A stretch of 64,000 nucleotides of DNA from the human T2T-CHM13v2.0 reference genome, Homo sapiens: assembly GCA_009914755.4 (NCBI GenBank), contig CP086569.2:15072001-15136000 (forward strand). Direction: 5' to 3'. The translations under genes and the position numbers were made by a program. Positions within the stretch are counted from its first letter, which is position 1, and each line of letters begins with the position of its first letter. Of the stretch, positions 49,371 through 63,564 are shown piece after piece. The notes under the pieces were generated by a model. It was not told where the DNA came from. It did no database searches and saw nothing but the letters and a program-made list of their open reading frames with translations.

Positions 49371-51097
49371 TGAAATAATGTAGCCAAAAGGAGACAATAC
49401 AGAATGTGTAGTAATTCTATTAGTATACAAATGGAACATCCACAAGTTATGGCTTTATCAATGACATGATGTTCTCTTAGTGGCACTTTTTATTTCAATC
49501 TCTCCAAATACATGTTAATCAAATTGTTCCAGTCATGTGCACATTTGAAAGATGGAAGTTTAATCCATCCAAATTGAAAAATGGTTTTCTTTGCTTCAAT
49601 TTAAATAATTAGTGGGGAATAAGAAAGCCTACTCTCCAACAATTAATGGAAAAACAGTGGGAATGCAACTTCTCCTGTGCCTACTCCACAAAACAGTGTA
49701 TTTTAAGTCTTATTTCCCACAAATTTGTGAATAGTATATTATTCCCATGCTTACACTCATGACATAAAGCTTAAATTAAAAATAGTTCCAATTCTCCAGC
49801 TAATTCTCCAGCAAACTGATAAAATTTGAAGTTAAAATTTGATATGTGCTTACTTTTACTAACAAAACTTTTGTGCTGCTGATGTGATTTTTTTTGGTAG
49901 CATTCTTAGTCCAGAAAAATGCAATCTGTAACATCTTAGAATCATATGAACACTGGTTTTCATGCCAGGCAGGTTCAGATAGTCTACCCCACACAAGGAA
50001 CCATGCAACCAAACCAGAGCTGGCAGCTGATTTTTTTTTTTTTTATCTCTGGAGGGCAAAGGAGGAGGAGGCTCTCTCTTTCCCTTAGTGCTGTGTATTA
50101 AGTGAATCCCTTTAAATACTCCTACCTTATTTCATTTTCCTCCTTTTCCACCCTAGATATGGACAGTATCCTGAATGGGTGTTTAGAACTCTTACTCATG
50201 TCTTTGTACTTTTATAACAAAGATGTACACTCTTAAATCACATCATTTTATATATTTAAGATACACACTTCTGCAATGAAGACTGAGTTTTATCCTTTCA
50301 TTAATGGGAAGTCACTATAGGAATTTATGCTGTTGAGTTCAAAATTAATTACCAAACGATTCTGGAACAGATGTGTTACAGTATGATCTGTGAGCTCTTC
50401 AAAAAGGAAAAGTGGCTCACAAGGACTTCATGAAATAGTTTACCTTGATATAAAGGTGAGATGATAAAGAACAAATGAGGTTAAGGAATATCCTCCAAGT
50501 CATGCTGATTGAGGACAGGAAATGTGCACAAAGCTCCAAAGCTCTTGCTGTAGCTCAGTGTACGTCCTGTTGGAGAGAGAAAACAGTTGAAAAGAGTTGC
50601 CTGATACTTGCATACTGGACATAGTCAAGGGTGCTATGAGATTGGATTCTGGACTAGAGCCAATGAACTCCATTCCTCTGTGTGTATCTGAGCTTCTCGG
50701 TGACATCTGCCTAGGGTAAGTGGGAGGTGACAAAGAGAGGACCTTCTCCATTTTAGAGGCCAGATAGATCAGTAAACATTTCCTAGTGGTAGGAGGTTCT
50801 ATTATTTTCCACTTAAAACCTTCTGATATTGGAGTCAGTGTCTATTAGTATGTATACCAGGTGGACTGGGGTTTTGATGAGGCATTCTGCTTTCTGTAGC
50901 AGTCAGCAGGGCTACCCTCCCATCGTCCCTGGAGTCCTTGTTTTCTGCAGTTCAGCAGCTCGCTGTGAATGAGCTGAGGTTTTTTCATGATGGACCCTGT
51001 TTCAGAATTCAGGACAACCAAAGCTTAACAAGGTTAACCACATCACATGTACTTCACACCAGAACTTATGTGATTACCATCTCCTGGTTAGAAATAA

Positions 51098-51365
51098 TAA
51101 TAATTTTTTTTCAGATAGGGTCTTACTCTGTTGTTTACACTGGACTGCACTGGCATCATCATGGCTCACTGCAGCCTCCTGGGCTCAATGAATTCTCCCA
51201 CTGTAGCCTCCCAAATAGCTGAGACTACAGGCACACAACTACACCAGGCTAATTTTTTTTTTAAGCGACCAAGAATCGGTATGCGTTCAGGCTGTTCTCC
51301 AATTTTTGGGCTTAAGTGGCCCTTCTGCCTAAGCCTTCCAAACTGCTGAGATTACAATGTGATTG
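51098..51365 (-). mobile_element. Alu SINE (old, AluJ-like, diverged), antisense
   Basis: tttttttcagatagggtcttactctgttgtttacactggactgcactggcatcatcatggctcactgcagcctcctgggctcaa…ctgctgagattacaatgtg. Confidence 0.8.
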
Positions 51366-54300
51366 GAAATTCTTAAGTGAGAGGCAATTCTGACACCATA
51401 ATCATAAAAGGTCACTCAAATAAATATGAAGGTGGAGGAAGAAACCTTTAAAAATATGCGTGGTTACACAGAGTACATCCGAACAATAAAATAGTGTGCA
51501 ATTGTGACAAGGACGAGAAAGTTCTTTGTGTATTGATATGTAAAATCTCCAGAAAGCTGCTACATAAAAAAAGTGAGGAATAGAAAAAGAATGAATACAG
51601 TATGCCAGTTTTGCTTAGGAAAAGGGGAGTAATAATATATCTGCATATTTGAATAAACATTGGAAGCATATAAAACGTGGAGGCCAGAAATGGAGGAGAG
51701 GGATTAGCAGGTAGGAGATTACTCAATATATGCCTTTCATATCATTTTTTTGGATGATATACATTTTTACTTGCTATGATACATTAAATCAAGTAGGATC
51801 TGGTTTAACATTCTATCAAGGTTAATATCCTATAGTTGATAATTATATTATAGTTATGTAAGATGTTTACATTGGGGTAAGGACAATATTATTTTTACAA
51901 ATTTAGGGTATGTCTAACATTAGTTCAAAACAATTGTTATAAATAAAGGTGACACAAGTAAGTGATAAATGTCTTCAACATCATTAGTTATAGGTGAAAT
52001 CCAAACTAAAAACAAGAAAAGATGCCATTTGTACAGCAAGTAGAATGGCTAAATTTTTTTTTTTTTTTTTTGAGTTGGGACCAGTGCATTTGTGAATCTC
52101 TCATGAACTGGCAGTGGAAGTATAAAATGGTACAACAATATTGCTGGCAAATTCTTATGGAAATAAATGTGTACCTACCTGTTGACCCCAAAATTTCACA
52201 CAGAGGGGTTTATCTATGAAAAACAACTGTGCAGGAATGATCATAACATCTGTACTTACAATTGCCAAAACCTGAAAGCAACCAAAATGTGCAAAAGGAG
52301 AATGGATAAAGGAACTTTTTTTTTTGTATGTTCCTACAGTGCAGTACCACGCAGTAATCATAAGGGACAAAGGACTGACACATCAACAATGCTTATGAAG
52401 CTCACATACACGATGATGAGTGAAAAGAAACTTGATAACAGAGAGCTTGCACCGTATGTCTCCATTTACACAAACTGATTGAGCAGGAAAAACTAACAGA
52501 AGGAAAACCGTATCAGAACTGTAGCTGCCTCTTGTTGGATGATTAACTGGGAAGAGGTAAAAGGGATGAAAATGATTTATATGATAACAAGGTTGTGGAT
52601 CATGGAGGTGTATCTGCTTGTCAAAATTGTGCAGGTAATTTTTCTATGTTTTAGTTGTTCATATTTTATCATTTAAAAAACACTGTAAAAATAATAATTG
52701 CATACAGCTGAGGAATGGGTAGAGATATCAATCATAGAGAATGGCAGTATATGGATGGCACTGAGGTATAGTAATGGATTTGGGGGCTTCAAGAAACCAG
52801 TCTGTTTAGTTTTTCTGTATTTGCTATGTTTCACAATAAAATGTTCAAAATATTCTAAAAAGAAAAAATTCACATTTTGCTATAAAGGGAAGTGGTAGAA
52901 GTAGCAGGGATTTTTTTTTTATTATTGAGAAGATGAAAGTGATTATACCATAGTGTATGCTAACGGGAGTGGTAGAGTTCTCAGGGCTGGAAAAGCATGT
53001 GGCAACTCAAGATGTTCTCTGGCTGACACTGACAATCAAAATGACATTTTAAAATATGCAGTGATCAGATTACACTAAAGGAATGTCAAGAACATTGAAT
53101 CGCAGGCTTATGGAAAATGATAAGGAAAGCTAAAAAGTATTTTGGTGATAGCTTTTGGGTAAGAAGACCGAGAAAACCCACACCCATTTCTGAGAGCAGG
53201 TGGTATGTTAGCAGCTATAGAAAGAATTCAGGGCTCTTTCAAATACTCTCTTCTTCTATGTTTACACCAAAGAAAATGGTCTTTAAATTTTAAAGGTGAA
53301 AGCAAATAGATGTGAAAGAGATTTAAGCCATCAATAGATGAAGAGACAATGAAGAACAAAGCTTCTTAAAATAAATTCAAACTCAGATGAATTCTATGTC
53401 AAGAATGGAGAACCTTTGCTAGTAGTTGTTGATTAATGATGGTTTACAAGAGAACCGTTGAGAAATAAAAGATGGGTAAATATGACACCATTTTGCCTTT
53501 CTTTTCTTAAGAGAGGATAACCTTCTGGAAATTACGACTGTTAAATTTGACAATAATCCTCAATGTTCCAGAATAGATACCTAACAAATGTCTTGTAAGC
53601 CGATACTAAATGAAACAGCAATTTCCATAGGCTCAATCGGTTTTCTCAAAGTATGTCCTTACCAAGTCATTTTTACTAAAATTCTTGCATATAATTTGTC
53701 TGGAGGTTAACATGTTATTTGGCAATTTCCCTCTTGCTATTCTAGAGGACAAGACAGTTGTATCAATGAGTGAGCCTCAAACCAGGGTATTATGCAACTG
53801 TTCATTTACAGGTATTTGGTAATAATTTTCACCACCCACTGAAAGGCTGCATATCTAATGTCACATGTGGAGAGAAAACCTGGGTTTAGTCATGGAAATG
53901 ATCCATTTCCACCTGCATCTATTCCTATATTTACATATACATCTATAAGTATTTTGTTTACCTATCTTGTCATAAAATTAGCTGACCTTTGTCATCACTT
54001 ATATATTAAAATTAGTTTAACTTAAAATTAAAAATAGCATACATTCTCTATAGTTTGAGAATACATGGCATAACTATTTGAATGTTTTATTTCATGTAAG
54101 AGCTTTGAGACATTTTCTCTCTACTCTTGTGACTGCAAATAATTCAAGATTGTACCAGCACATTTTCATTTTACATCTTGTGAGACAGTCAGGGCTGGAG
54201 ATGGGGTGAAATTAGTATTGGCTTCTTGGAGTTGTTATTAGAATTAAATTTTAAATAGTACCTTGTGCTTTCCATTCTCATCTTCCAAAAAGTGAAATTC

Positions 54301-55892
54301 TAAATTCATTAGTAGAGGCTTCTAGCTATGTGTCTTTGAGAGCCACCGGCCTTTCTTCCAAACTATTTGTGATAGCTGTAAAAGAATCACAGTTAATTAA
54401 AGTGCTATTCTAAGGGACTACCTTCCTATATGGAGAAAAAAGACATATAATGAAACAATCTCTTTTTGATGTTTCCATTCATAAACTATCATACTTCAGA
54501 TTTGTATTATTGCCCGAAATTAGCTCCTTAGCTAATAATCACCCCTTAGTTAGAAAATCAGGAAATCCACTGTGGCATATCCAACTCCAAGCACTGTTAA
54601 TGAGTATTGTGTATGATTCTGCACAGGTAAGTTGAAAGCAAATCACTGTGAAAATAATGACATACTCATAGCCTTCTCGTTTCGGGGAGGGTAACATAGC
54701 TCCACTGTTTTAACTACCTCTCTTTAAGCATTAGCAATTTAATGAGGAACATCAATTAGGGTTGTAAGTCATCTTCCCACTTACCACTCAGTTACCTTAC
54801 AGCTTACACTGATTATTTTAGGGTGTGTGATTCCAAAGTAACAACGGTTGACAGTCCTATCACTTAGTACCTTTTAGCTGTAATTATATAACATTTTGAG
54901 TGATTCTCTAGAGTTTTCCTTTGTTGTGCAAATAGTAATCTCTTGGCAAAAAGAAATGACATTTGAACTGCTTTAATAGCCTCGCTCTGAAATGTAATTA
55001 ATATTGCAATTACTCTAATAAGTAGGTTACTATAATTATTTCTCTGCTTTATTATACAACTGTCGAGAGAAGATGAAAGTGGAAGTAGGAAGAGTTGGAA
55101 ATTTTATCTCTTTGTCCTTGAGCAATAGTTTTTTCTTTCAGTTATTTTTGTTTCATCTTGTTTTCATTTACAACAATGGAAAGAATGGTCATCCCTTTGT
55201 AGGATGGTACAAAAGTTACCTAAGGTAATTCCCAAAGTAAATTGTTCTCTTCCACAAAATGGGGATGATGGCATTATCTTCCTGGAATTGTCCTTACTTT
55301 TAGTAGCAGTTCAACTAATTCTGGTTTTCCTCTTATAATGTTTTAGGATAGTTTTTAAATTACAGAAAAATTACAATGAGTAGTAGTACAGAGAGTTCCC
55401 ATCTACCCCAAAACCCACTTCCCCTATTGTGGACATCTGGTAAATTTATCAAAATTTTAATAAACCAACGTTGACATGTTAGTGTTAACTAAAGTCCACT
55501 TCTTATTTGGATTTCCCTTATGTTTTTATCTAATGTCTCTTTTCTGTTCCAGGATCTCATCTGGGGTAACATCACACTATTTTTCATGTTTTCTTGGGCT
55601 CTTTTTGTTCTGACAATTTTTCAGATGCTTTATTGGTAATCTTGACAGTTATGGGACAGTTAGAGGATCAGATATTTTGTAAAATGTCCCTCAATTTACA
55701 TGAATCCAATGTTTTTCCCACGACTACACTGGGTTTATAGGCATTTGAGACAAAGATCACAGAAATACTTTTACCTCCTTTCATTTTCCATCCGCCTTCT
55801 TTCTTTTTCTCATATTTTCTTTTTTTTCCTCTTTACTTTATTTTATAAGTAAGTTTCTCCTCCTTATTGCCCTGGGAACAAAATTTTCTTCA

Positions 55893-56022
55893 CTTATTAT
55901 TATTATTATTTTTTGAGACAGGATCTTGCTCTATTGCCCAGGCTGGGATGCAGTGGTGCAATCATTGTTCACTGCAGCCTCAAACTCCTGGGCTCAGGTG
56001 ATCCTCCCACCTTAACCCCCTG
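55893..56022 (-). mobile_element. Partial Alu (right-monomer portion), antisense, preceded by (TTA)n
   Basis: ttattattattattttttgagacaggatcttgctctattgcccaggctgggatgcagtggtgcaatcattgttcactgcagcctcaaactcctgggctcaggtgatcctcccacctt. Confidence 0.7.
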
Positions 56023-56277
56023 AGTGTTTATGCTCATTTTAACACAGCAAATGTAAGTGGATGTTCAGATATACCAGAAAAAAAATGAAATTAAAGGTAC
56101 GTACTCTAAAAACCATAAGAATTTTATTTTGATATGCTGAATCAGATCCAGGTGGAATGTTTCAGGAAGTAGAAATAGGACTGTAAACATAAGTAGATAC
56201 TAATAAACAATTCATACTGAAACACTTGATAAAGTGTGTTAACCAAAAGCATTTATGAGAATGGAAAGATGAATATG

Positions 56278-56460
56278 TAATTATACAGACTGCATCTATA
56301 ATTATATAATATAATACATAATTATATATATAATTCTCATAATTATATATTATATAATTTTATTATTGGAATTATAATATGATTGTATTTAATCATGTAA
56401 TTAATTATATAATTATAATGTTGGAAGCATCTATAATTTTAATATTGGAAGCATCCTTAA
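56278..56460. repeat. AT-rich low-complexity block with short direct duplications
   Basis: taattatataatataatacataattatatatataattctcataattatatattatataatttt…. The motif atgttggaagcatctataattttaatattggaagcatcc is duplicated. Confidence 0.8.
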
Positions 56461-57398
56461 GTTTTTTATAATTTGCATAGATTTCTTACAGAATTTAAGT
56501 TTCACAACTTTATTAGCAGATTTATTGCCTAAATAAAATGTAAAGTAAGGTTTTTTTAACCCTGGGCAGACGACTAAATACACCCAAAACAAGATAGCTT
56601 TATTTTTTTCATGGGGTTGAGTAATAACAAAGATAATGATTGGGCCTTGGTGTTGATTTCTGACACAGTTTGGCAGGCTTGACAGTAGTTTGAGGTGCTT
56701 CACATGTGTTAGGCTCTGAAACAGCTAAGGCCTCCCTTCAAGCTTATTCTATTTTCCCATCAGGATTGTTGCATTTCTAAGTTTATAGATAATCTATTGC
56801 ATATCTGTAGTGTCCTTGGACTCTGAAAGTGTGAGTCATTTGTTGCTCAAGTCTCTCGGGCTGGTTAATTGCATGTGTCACCTTGACTGGGCCACAGGAT
56901 GCCCAAATACGTGATCAAACTTATTAAGTCTGTCTGGGAAGGTGTTTTAGATGTTTTATTTTTAATTCTTGTGGGTACGTAGTAGGCATATGTAACTATG
57001 GGGCATGTAAGATACTTTGGTGCAGTGATGTAGTGCATAATAATCCCATCAAAGAAAATTAGGTATTCATTCTCTCCAGCATTTAACCTCTGGTGGGAGG
57101 GGGTTTTAGGATGAGATTAACATTTACAGTGATGACTAACTAAAGCAGATTTTCTTTGCCAATGTGTGTGGACCTTATCCAATCAGCCAAATGCTTGAGA
57201 AGTACAAAGACTGACCTCCCCCAAGTAACAGAGAATTCTCCTGCCTTTCAGCTTTCAAACTGGGGCATAGACTCTTCCTGGTTCTGCAGCCTCCTGCCAG
57301 CCTTAGGACACGAATTGGGAGATCAATTGGAGTTTCTACAGGTTTTGGACTTGTCAGTCTTTACAGTTACATGAAGCAATTACTTATAATAAGTCTCT

Positions 57399-57468
57399 TT
57401 CTCTCTCTGTGTGTGTGTGTCTATGTGTGAGTGTGTGTATCTGTATGTGAGTGTGTGTGCATGCACAT
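57399..57468. repeat. (TC)n/(TG)n compound microsatellite
   Basis: tctctctctgtgtgtgtgtgtctatgtgtgagtgtgtgtatctgtatgtgagtgtgtgtgcatgcacat. Confidence 0.9.
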
Positions 57469-58770
57469 ATTATAGATATCATATATTTATATACTGGAGA
57501 TACCTATACCTATATCTTTATACATGTAGGGACTTATTTTATTGCTCATGCAATTGTAGAGGCTGACTATATACATGCACACACAGAGACACATCTTAAT
57601 ATGTATATCTTTATTTGAGATATATAGATCTCATATCAATTTGTTTATCTGGAGGTCCCAGACTGATATAGATTTCTTCTCTACTTATGCAGACATTATG
57701 TAAATGGATTTAAGTCTTTTTTAAATACTCTTATGATACAGGTCAGGACTATGCCATCTGATTAGCATAAATTATGATCCCACAACTTGTTTGGAAAAGA
57801 ATGGAAGAATTCAGGCTTTCCACTTACCTAATCAAATGGTAGTCATTTCACTGATTATCTTCTTTTGTACTCATTTACTTCAATTTAATTCAATCATTAT
57901 TAAGCTCCTATCCAACATCCATGGGAAAAGTTATTATTAGACAAGGTTCTTGCACAATTGCATTGAATTGTGCAAAGAAAAATAACTCTTTTGAGGTCTT
58001 GAGGAGAGAGTCTGAACTAAACAAGAGAGATACACAGGGACACAAGGTCAGAGGCACATGGTCTTTTAAGAAACTGTTGAGGACTGAAGTTATATTCTCA
58101 TAATGAGAACAAAGCTAGCCCCTGTGTTAACTTTTTCTTATCCATTTAGAGCTTTGAAATGTGAGACTTGTTAGGCACCAGGAGAGACTTCTAGATCAGG
58201 GGTTGGCAAACTTTTTTACTGCAAAAAGCTCTGTTACCAAATTTTAGGCTTTTCAGGTCTGTCTCTGTCACCAATACTCAGCTGCACCATTTTAGCACAA
58301 AAGTCACAGTGGGTAATCCATACATGATACAAAATGCAGATAGCTGCATGTTAGTAAAACTGTATGTATGAACACTAAAATTTAAATTTCTTATAAACTT
58401 TACATGTCATGAAACATTCTTCTTTTAGTTTTTCTTTTGGAACACTGTTTACAAATGTAAAAATCATTTCTGGCTTGTAGGCTGCATAAAATCAGGCAGC
58501 AAGGAGATCTGGCCCTCGGGATATAGTTTGCCAATCCCTCTTCTGTGGTATCAGTTTCATTCACACTTCTTATGTGGTAGTGCGCAGCAAGGAAAGGAAA
58601 GGCACCATTTCCCCTTCAGACTCAATACTATAGAAAGTGCTTGATTAAATTGACATATGTACTAACATCTTATCCACGTTGATGTTTAATTTATTTGGTA
58701 TAACAATAATACAAAGAGAGATAGTTTACAATTATTTTTACCTCTTACATTTAAAAAGTGTATTATTTGT

Positions 58771-59534
58771 CTTTATAGCAGCATGCTTTATAGTCCTTTC
58801 GGTATATACCCAGTAATGGGATGGCTGAGTCAAATGGTATTTCTAATTCTAGATCCCCGAGGAATCACCACACTGACTTCCACAATGGTTGAACTAGTTT
58901 ACAGTCCCACCAACAGTGTAAAAGTGTTCCTATTTCTCCACGTCCTCTCCAGCACCTGTTGTTTCCTGACTTTTTAATGATCGCCATTCTAACTGGTATG
59001 AGATGGTATCTCATTGAGGTTTTGATTTGCATTTCTCTGATGGCCAGTGATGGTGAGCATTTTTTCATGTGTTTTTTGTTATTGCAGCATTATTCACAAT
59101 AGCAAAGACTTGGAACCAACCCAAATGTCAAACAATGATAGACTGGATTAAGAAAATGTGGCACATATACACCATGGAATACTATGCAGCCATAAAAAAT
59201 GATGAGTTCATATCTTTTGTAGGGACATGGATGAAATTGGAAATCATCATTCTCAGTAAACTATCGCAAGAACAAAAAACCAAACACCACATATTCTCAC
59301 TCATAGGTGGGAATTGAACAATGAGAACACATGGACACAGGAAGGGGAACATCACACTCTGGGGACTGTTGTGGGGTGGGGGGAGGGGGGAGGGATAGCA
59401 TTGGGAGATATAACTAAAGCTAGTTGACGAGTTAGTGGGTGCAGCGCACCAGCATGAAACATGTATATATATGTAACTAACCTGCACAATGTGCCCATGT
59501 ACCCTAAAACTTAAAGTATAATAATAATAAATAA
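58771..59534 (+). mobile_element. Young-ish L1 (L1PA-type) 3' fragment with a twin-priming 5' inversion; about 16-bp TSD
   Basis: 58771-59072 is the reverse complement of ORF2 C-terminal sequence (gcagcatgctttatagtcctttcggtatatacccagtaatgggatggctgagtcaaatggtatttctaattctagatcc…ttgatttgcatttctctgatggccagtgatggtgagcattttttcatgtg). 59078-59534 is sense ORF2-end/3'UTR (tattgcagcattattcacaatagcaaagacttggaaccaacccaaatgtc…gggagggatagcattgggagatata…cttaaagtataataataataaataaaaaa). The TSD aaaagtgtattatttgt lies at 58754-58770 and as aaaagtgtattattgt at 59535-59550. Confidence 0.9.
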
Positions 59535-59655
59535 AAAAGTGTATTATTGTGTAATTGTACTGCTCTTTGAAAGGCACCAATGAAAACCAATTATTTTATA
59601 TAACACTGCAGTTCTACGCAAATATCAAGTTCAGATGGTGGCCTTGGGATTTATT

Positions 59656-59936
59656 GTTTTTTTTTTTTTTTTTTTTTTTGAGCCAGGGTCTCACTCTATT
59701 GCCCAGGCTGGAGTGCAGTAGTGTGATCATGGCTTACTGTTGCCTCAACCTCCTGGGCTCAGGTGATCTTCCCACCTCAATCTCTCAAGTAGCTGGTAAT
59801 ACAGGTGGCTGCTACCATGCCTATTTTTTTTTTTTCTATTTTTTGTAAAGACGGGGTTTCCCAATGTTTCCTTTGCTGGTCTCCAACTCCTGGGCACAAA
59901 CAATCCACCTTTCCCAGTCTCCCAAAATATCTATTC
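59656..59936 (-). mobile_element. Alu SINE (AluJ/S-like, diverged), antisense, with a 24-nt poly(T)
   Basis: (T)24 then gagccagggtctcactctattgcccaggctggagtgcagtagtgtgatcatggcttactgttgcctcaacctcctgggctcaggtgatcttcccacctcaatctc…. Confidence 0.9.
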
Positions 59937-60710
59937 ACGGGAATCTCAAAAAGTATATTTGAAGCCTCCATAGAAGAGCCTTCAGCTCCTTGGCAGCGCT
60001 AACCTGCAAAATTCCTGGCACAGTTCACTATCAGTTAGGGATTTAAAATTACTTTTCTGAACAATGGCAGTTTCAGTAGGGGAGCTTTTATGCTCTATGC
60101 AAATGGATGGTTTTCTTATAAATGGTTTACTGAGTGGAAGCCAGTCTAGATTGTGTTTATCAGTCTTGTATTCCAAAGAAATGCTCTGGAGGGATTGCCG
60201 CTGTTGTAAGGAAAATGCACACACTGAGCGTTTCATCTAAGAAGTTGCTGAATTAACAAAAATTAAATCAGTTGGAAGATAACCTTTTGCACAAATGAGC
60301 CCCATTGGCAGATGACAGTCATCTATCTGCATGGTGCACTGGCACTTGCAGAAAATTCTGAGAACATGCCTTAGGTCACTGTTTTTTTCATCCTGCATTT
60401 TCCTTATGAAATAGCTCAGCGTGAACGTCTTCAGGTGCTTTGGGCAGATGGTGTTGGAAAATCATTTTTCAAATTGCCTCCTCAAGAAAGTGCACTTGTA
60501 AGAATTGCCTTGCTAAAACCAATCAGCAACCTGTGATGTTTCAGCTGCCTGTAAGAGTCCATTTTTCATCTAAAATGTGACTTATATTGGTTCGTAGGAG
60601 ACAAAAAATGAACATAATGCCAAAGGCTGAAGTTTGAAATTCCTTACTTGGGATGAACTTTTCTAAAGATCAAATTCCATGTTTAGTTTAAAGTCCTAAA
60701 ACTGGTGAGT

Positions 60711-61066
60711 GAATTAGTCTGTTCTCACGCTGCTAATAAAGACATACCAGTTACTGGGTAATTTATAAAGAAAAAGAGGTTTAATGGACTCACAATTCCA
60801 CATGGCTGGGAAGGCCTCACAGTCCTGGCCAAAGGTGAAAGGCACATCTTACATGGCCACAGACAAGAGATAATGGAAGCCAAGGGAAAGGTGTTTCCCC
60901 ATATAAAACCGTCAAATCTCATGAGACTTACTACAGTAAGAACAGTATGGGGAAAACACCACCATGATTCAATTATTTCACACTGGGGCCTCCCACAACA
61001 CGTGGGAATCATGGGAGCTGCAATTCAAGGTGAGATTTGGGTGGAGACACAGTCAAGCCATACCAG
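60711..61066 (-). mobile_element. THE1-family MaLR solitary LTR, antisense
   Basis: gaattagtctgttctcacgctgctaataaagacataccagttactgggtaatttataaagaaaaagaggtttaatggactcacaattccacatggctgggaaggcctcaca … ctgcaattcaaggtgagatttgggtggagacacagtcaagccataccag. This is the reverse complement of the THE1 consensus; its terminus maps to tgatatggtttggctgtgtcccc…. Confidence 0.85.
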
Positions 61067-63564
61067 TGAGTCACTTGGGTTACAACTTAGTGATCATAGA
61101 GGTCCAGTTTTATCACCAAATAATCTGAAGGTATAATTACCTGAAACTGTTAAATAGGTATTTGGTTACTTCACTTAATTTCTGTCTCCTCAACTAGAAA
61201 AACATGAAATAAGGTCTCACACTTTGTCAACTTGGCATATACTAGTAAGTGTTCAATAAACATTGGTTGAAGGAATTTAAAAGTGAATACATATAGCATG
61301 CAAATATTGAATTTTTTTCTTATTTTTGTAAAATATGTGACAAATATACATTTTAAGGATTTAGGTAGAAATTCTTTGAGTTGATATTTTATTTCTAAAG
61401 TGCTACTCATCTGGGTCTAAAAAAGACTATGGTCATTTAAGATATACTAATATTTGGATCTATGAGTCAAATTTATATTTTCTTATTTTATTCAGGGTCT
61501 GTATCCCTGCTAAATGAACTTAAAATTTTAGGGTTCTCTTTTTCACTAATTTGTGAGACCTGAGGTTTATTCTCCACATAAAATGTCGTGTTACTATGCC
61601 ACACAGATATCACATTTTCATCAAGCTAAAGAAGCAATCATCATTATCAAATAAAGCACACTTATGCCAAGACCTTGAGAGGGATATTTAGGAACCTTAA
61701 ATCACTAGTTATTCATAACTTATACATAACATATTTTTAAATGTTTCACATAGACTTTCTAATATGTTGTGTGACACCTGCTTATTATAGAAAAAAATCA
61801 GAAGATCATACAAAGAAGAGAAAATATAAATGTTTCAGTCATCACCCAGGAATGATCTCTGTTCACAATTACTGTTTCCTAGCTTGCAGTGTTATTCTAT
61901 TAATGAGAGAGCACATTATATTCATCTAAATATTCCCTATGTCATTGAATGAAAATCTTGAAAAATTATTATTTTCATGTTATGTAGGTGTTCTGGATGA
62001 CAAAATTAAAACCTCAGAGGACAGAAAAGTATAAAGAAGAAGATAAAAATGTGCTGTCTAATACCATCAAACCCAGATAAGCCCTATTAAGATCTTCATG
62101 TGTTTCACCTTTTTTCAAGTTTATGTATACAGAACAGGGATGATACTACACTTAATATCGAGTGCTTATTTTTCCCCCCATAATATTTTGTTGTAGTATT
62201 TTTCCCATGTTGTTTCTTGTTTCAAAAACCTAACTTTTAATGAGTACATAATATCCCATCATATAGATGTCATATATATGTTAAGCAATGCCAAAGTCAT
62301 TGCCATTTGCATCACTTACGTGGTTGTAAAATTTTGGAGAACAGTGCAGTGGAACGTCTAATATAATTATCCGTAAGTTGTTTTCTGCATTTCCTTTTCT
62401 TTCAGGTAGCTTTCTAGGAGCAGAATTATTAGATCAAAGTATATGGACATTTTTAAAGCACATGAAACTTTGAAGTTTAGTTGCTTTCGAAGTTGCAAAT
62501 TTACTTACACTCTAATCAACAGAGAATTATATAAACCATATCTTCTGTAACTTTTAGAGGGGGCCCTAGTGAAAAAATCTGAAGTATACTAATGGAAACT
62601 TTTGGTAAAATTTGCTCCACAATTTGTGGTAAAAGAATGTACCATAAAAGTCCCGATATCATTTTTTCCCAATTCTAGAAGAAAACGTAGTTTCCTTGTG
62701 TAATCAACTCAATTAACAACAAAGAAGAATATTGTTCAACATTTATGTTTGGAACACCCAAGAGAAAATATTCGGCAAATAACTGCAAATTTAAATGTGA
62801 AACTTGAGAGAGGGTTCAGGGCTAGAACTCAATGCAGAATTTGAGGAGTTTTGTGATTTGTTATATTAAGAGAATGAGAGAGATTTTCCAGGGAGAATGT
62901 GCAGAGAAAAAAAAAAAAAAAAAAAAAAACAGAAGGGAAAAACCACACATAGAATCTTGGTTAAGGGGATAGTTGTACTAGGAATTTAAACATGTCAATA
63001 AATAAATATGTCACAAAAATGTCTCATATTCCTGAAGAGATGGGAATAAAATGAGATAAAAATGAGGCGGGCTTAGAAGGACTAATCTCCGGAATGGTCT
63101 GAGATATTAGAAAGAACAGGTAACCAGGTATTAGTAATAACTAAACCAATGAAAGCAATGTGAATCTTGTAAACTCTATTTTCTGTAATCAAATAATTGT
63201 TGGTTAATATGAGATAACATCTTTAATATCAAGCACAGAGTATTTGTTTATTTTTTCTTGTTTATAACAGCTTTACTGAGATATAACTGATATACCAAAA
63301 TACCTGCACATTTACTGTATACAATTTGATGGGTTTGGACATATGTAAACGCCCATGCTACTATTGCCATATACAATTTCTTTCTGTATTTGAATCTCCA
63401 GCTCTAGACAAAAGTACCTCAAAATAAAATAAATCGTATTTTTAATGAACCAAAACATATTTTAGGGAACCAAGAAGTCTAATACTTCATAACATAATTT
63501 GAAATGTATTTTCATAGTTCATTAAGGTTTCTCTTGAACCAGAGATCAGTTATACCTTGTATTT

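Noticed and set aside
49059-49445. 128-aa minus-strand ORF rich in K/E/R/G
   Set aside because: Reads through the (TTCC)n microsatellite. Same artefact as above.
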